Origin: Euglena gracilis
Lineage: Eukaryota
Direction: 5' to 3'
DNA length: 64,000 bases
NCBI GenBank assembly: GCA_039621445.1
Contig: CP154954.1
Span: 21,402,954-21,466,953 of the forward strand
Shown here: in pieces, positions 60,701-64,000 of the stretch
How the letters are laid out: every line of letters begins with the position of its first letter
Numbering within the stretch: position 1 is the stretch's first letter
Program-made: the position numbers and the translations under genes
The notes under the pieces: model-generated
Database searches by the model: none
Told to the model about the DNA's origin: nothing
Seen by the model: only the letters and a program-made list of their open reading frames with translations

Positions 60701-63700
60701 ACTGGCAGCTGCCGCCGACGGTCAGCAGTCTCCGCGCGTTTCTCGGCGTCTGAAATTACTATGCGGGCTACGTGAGACTGTACGCGGAGCTGGCGGCGCC
60801 GTTGAAGGAGAAGCTGAAGTTGCCGGGGGAGCTGACCAAGGCGGGATCCAAGCACCCAGTGGTGTGGACGGAGCAGGAGAAGGAGGCGTTCGACATGCTG
60901 AATATGGCCCTCTTCGCCGACCTGGAGCTGTACCACATAGATCCAGCCAAGCCGTTCGTCCTGCGTACCGACACGTCGGACTACGCCATCGGAGCGGTGC
61001 TGGAGCAGTTCCCGAAGATCGACGGCGTGCCGCGGGTGGAGGACCTGCGGCCGGGGGCCTCCGTCCCGGTGGCCTTCATGTCCCGGAAGCTAACCGAGGG
61101 GCAGCGCCTTCGGTGGGATGTCCGGGACAAGGAGAAGTATGCCGTGGTGGCCGCCCTCGACAAGTGGGCGGGCTTCCTGCTGGACAATGAGATCCTCGTC
61201 CTGACCGACCACCGCAGCCTGGAGTCGTGGTACAAGGAGTACGTCGCCGGAGTGGGCCCGCAGGGGAGGCGGGCCAGATGGCATGCGAAGCTCAACGAGT
61301 TCCGCATCACCGTGGTGCACGTCCCCGGCGAGACCAACGTGGTGGGCGATGCCACGTCCCGCTGGGCCTACCCGGCCTCACAAGGCTGGCGCGACACCTC
61401 GTGGCACGGCACCGAGGCCGACACGAAGGAGATGAAGGCCCACATCCTGGAGGAGAAGCTGCGCGAGAAGTCCACCCCAAAGGCGGTGCATCCCGAGGAC
61501 GAGGAGACCACGGCGGAGCAGGTGGAGAGGTCAACCCTGAAGGAGGGGAGAGAGCTGGCCGTCATCCAGCTGATCCCGCTCCAGTCGTCCGCCGCGGTCC
61601 CGTCAGCGCCCCACATCGCCGTCACCACGCGCAGCCGCCTCGACACGCAGCGCAACGCCCGAGACGCCCCAGCCGACGCCCCGCACGGTACGCGATCCGA
61701 ACAGCCACGCGAGATGCCCCCGTCAGCCTCGTCTCCCGCGGCCGCAGCAGTCCCAATGTCGGCATCGTCTGCGGCAGTCCCACCGTCTGCGTCGTGCATC
61801 GCATCACCAGCGTCCGTGCCAGCAGCATCATCCAACGCGCCATCGCCAGTCCCATCACCAGCACCGCAGTCCACCGCACCGCAGTCCATCGCACCCTCCA
61901 CAGCGCCCACAGCCGGGGTGTCATCACCGGCCATACCCGTCCCAGTGTCCGCAGCCGGTGTGCCGTCACCAGCCGCGTCAGTCCCGTCTGCAGCGCTCGC
62001 AGCGGGTGTGCTTCAACCGCAGATCACTGGCCTCCGCAGCCTGACCTGGACATCAACGTCTTCGACATGGACTGGAGCAAGGCGTATGCGGTGTGCCCTC
62101 GCTGGAAGCCTGTCTGGGACCAGGCCCACAACGGCCAGGGCTGGGCCAGCGGGTTCCAGCTGGTGGATGGGCGGCTCGTCTCGGCGGGGAGGTGGTGTGT
62201 GCCGAGCGGGCTGCTGGCGGAGGTGCTGAGGGAGCAGCACTCGGTCTCCGGCCACTTTGGCGGGGACCGGCTGGTGGAGGAGGCCGAGCGCACCTACGTC
62301 TTCGCGGACCGGATGGAGGCGGCGAAGGTGGCCGGCGGGCTGCGGCGGACGTGCCCAGTGTGCCAGGCCACCGATCACCCGCACCAGCCGCTGCGGCTGA
62401 AGGTCTGCGCGACGCCCGTCCCGCCGTACATCATGGCGTCGGTGGCCATCGACCTCTTCGTGATGCCGGAGGTGGACTTCGAGGGGCAGCTGTACAACGT
62501 GTTCGCCGCCTGTGTCGATTGCCACAGTGGGTGGGTCGTGGCCACGGCCCACCACACGCGTGGCCTCACTGCCGCCACCGTGGCCAAGGCGATGTACCGT
62601 GGGTGGTGGTCGCCGCACGGGCTGCCCAGCGTGATCACAAGTGATCGCGGGCCGCACTTCGCTTGCGCGTGGTGGCGCAGCGTGTGCGGCCTGCACGGGA
62701 TCCGCCACGCCTACGCCCAGGCGTACCACCACGCGGCGAAAGGGCGGGCGGAGTCCCTCGGTGCGCAGCTGCAGAAGCGGATCCGGAGCGAGAAGGCCGA
62801 GGCCCAGATCACCTGGGTGGAGTCCCTGCCCAGGGCAGTGCAGAAGCTGAACGACTCCAAGACGCAGCACGGCCTGAGTCCGTATGAGGTGCTGTATGGA
62901 CGGCATCGGTGGACTGGTGGCGTACCGTACAAGGCCCCGGTCATGGTGGAGGACCCCGTGTTGTTCTTCGAGAGGCAGAGGGCCGTGGATCAGAAGGTTG
63001 CCGACGTCCTCAACGACTTCCACAAGCGGCAAGCGGACCAGAAGAACAGGAGCAAGAAGGACCTCGAGGAGTTCGCCAAGGGAGACCTCGTGTGGTACCT
63101 CCGGCCTCCGAGGCGGCCGGGCCAGAAGCTCGAGAGCTACTGGCTTGGCCCAGCCCGGGTCACCGTGCGCCGTGGCGAGCACTCGTACGAGCTGGAGCTG
63201 GAGAAGGGCCGCCGCCAAGAGGCTCTCCGCTGCCAGCTGAAGGTCTACCGCGATGACACGCGGTTGTGGGGCCCGCCCAAGATGTTCGTATACCGGCAGG
63301 CCAGACCGCAAGAAGACGTGGGCATCGAGGAGAGGACGGTGGAGGAGATCGGGCGGCACCGCAGACGAGACGACGGCGACTGGGAGTTCGAGGTGAAGTG
63401 GGAGGGCCACCCGACTCTCACGTGGGAGCCGTTGAAGAATTTATTCCAGCGCTACTCTCACCAGATGATCGAGTACGCCAAGTCCAAGAAGCTCAAGGTG
63501 GACCTGCTGGACTACCTCCACCGCAACCTGGCTGAGGTGGCGGTCATCATCGCGGAGGTGAAGAAGCAGGAGCAGGAGGTCATCAACAACGCCGAGTGGG
63601 AAGACCCACCCGAGGAGTGGGTCTGGCCCGACGAGGACGCCAAGAAGGACGAGGAGGCAAGCAGCCAGGAAGGGGAGTCAGCGGACCCCCCAGTGGGCAC

Positions 63701-63797
63701 AGCGGTGCCTGCAGCACAGCACGTCCCGACACGCGATCCACCGCCAGCGCTAGGTCAGGATCCACCGCGGACCGTGGCCGCCGCTGCATCGCACTAG
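57718..63797 (+). pseudogene. pol: G2 pol: DNMT, PR, RT, RH, IN, chromodomain (frameshifts; TGA at 60751)
   Basis: LIDTGA, YFDD, TDTSD, IDLF/TSDRG/GRAE, WEFEVKWEG..TWEP. Confidence 0.92.
58264..58860 (+). CDS. C5-cytosine DNA methyltransferase domain in G2 Pol
   Basis: WALDLFSGTGS, ASPPCTEYS, LKNP (motif VI E replaced by K), YRKPTRFW, AYRIP. Confidence 0.9.
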
Positions 63798-64000
63798 CCC
63801 GTCCCGCTGCACTTCGTGCACCACCTGTCCGACCGTCCCTCCGTCTCTGCGTTTCCCCTGCCGTCGCAGGAGGCTGATCCCCAGATCCCCTCTGCAGCGG
63901 TATCAACCTTGGTGTGTCCATCGACAGGAGCTGAGTGCGCGCAGCCCGTGTCTGCGTTCGCTCATTTGCTGCCGCACGTTGCCCCCCAGGCGGCTGTGGC

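Larger units (their letters stand above)
53423..64000 (+). mobile_element. Second DNMT-encoding Ty3/Gypsy chromodomain element (G2), degenerate; 3' LTR outside the window
   Basis: LTR starting TGTGGGCGGCGG, PBS, and gag and pol colinear with G1. Confidence 0.95.

Overview
Eukaryotic, repeat-dense window with TTAGGG-type telomeric repeats and many homopolymer runs; the host is probably a protist, and a euglenozoan-like host is only an inference. The first ~26 kb is a nested patchwork of non-autonomous TIR elements (several with clean 9-10 bp target-site duplications), micro- and minisatellites and a few exon-like islands. Most ORFs there are compositional noise. The rest (26-64 kb) is a retrotransposon cluster. 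It holds two related chromodomain-bearing Ty3/Gypsy elements, G1 (29090-43838, near-identical LTRs) and G2 (53423 to beyond the window end). Both carry a C5-cytosine DNA methyltransferase domain at the front of Pol, just before the protease. Both also have an RRM-like domain in Gag and a covarying pseudoknot 7 nt after the gag TGA. G1 has a 1,072-nt stretch with no T on the + strand. Around them are DIRS1-type tyrosine-recombinase retrotransposons with full ITR/ICR architecture and an adenine-MTase-like domain. One DIRS is split inside RNase H, has its 3' half inverted, and sits inside the left ITR of a second DIRS family. A chromodomain remnant of a third Gypsy is also present.
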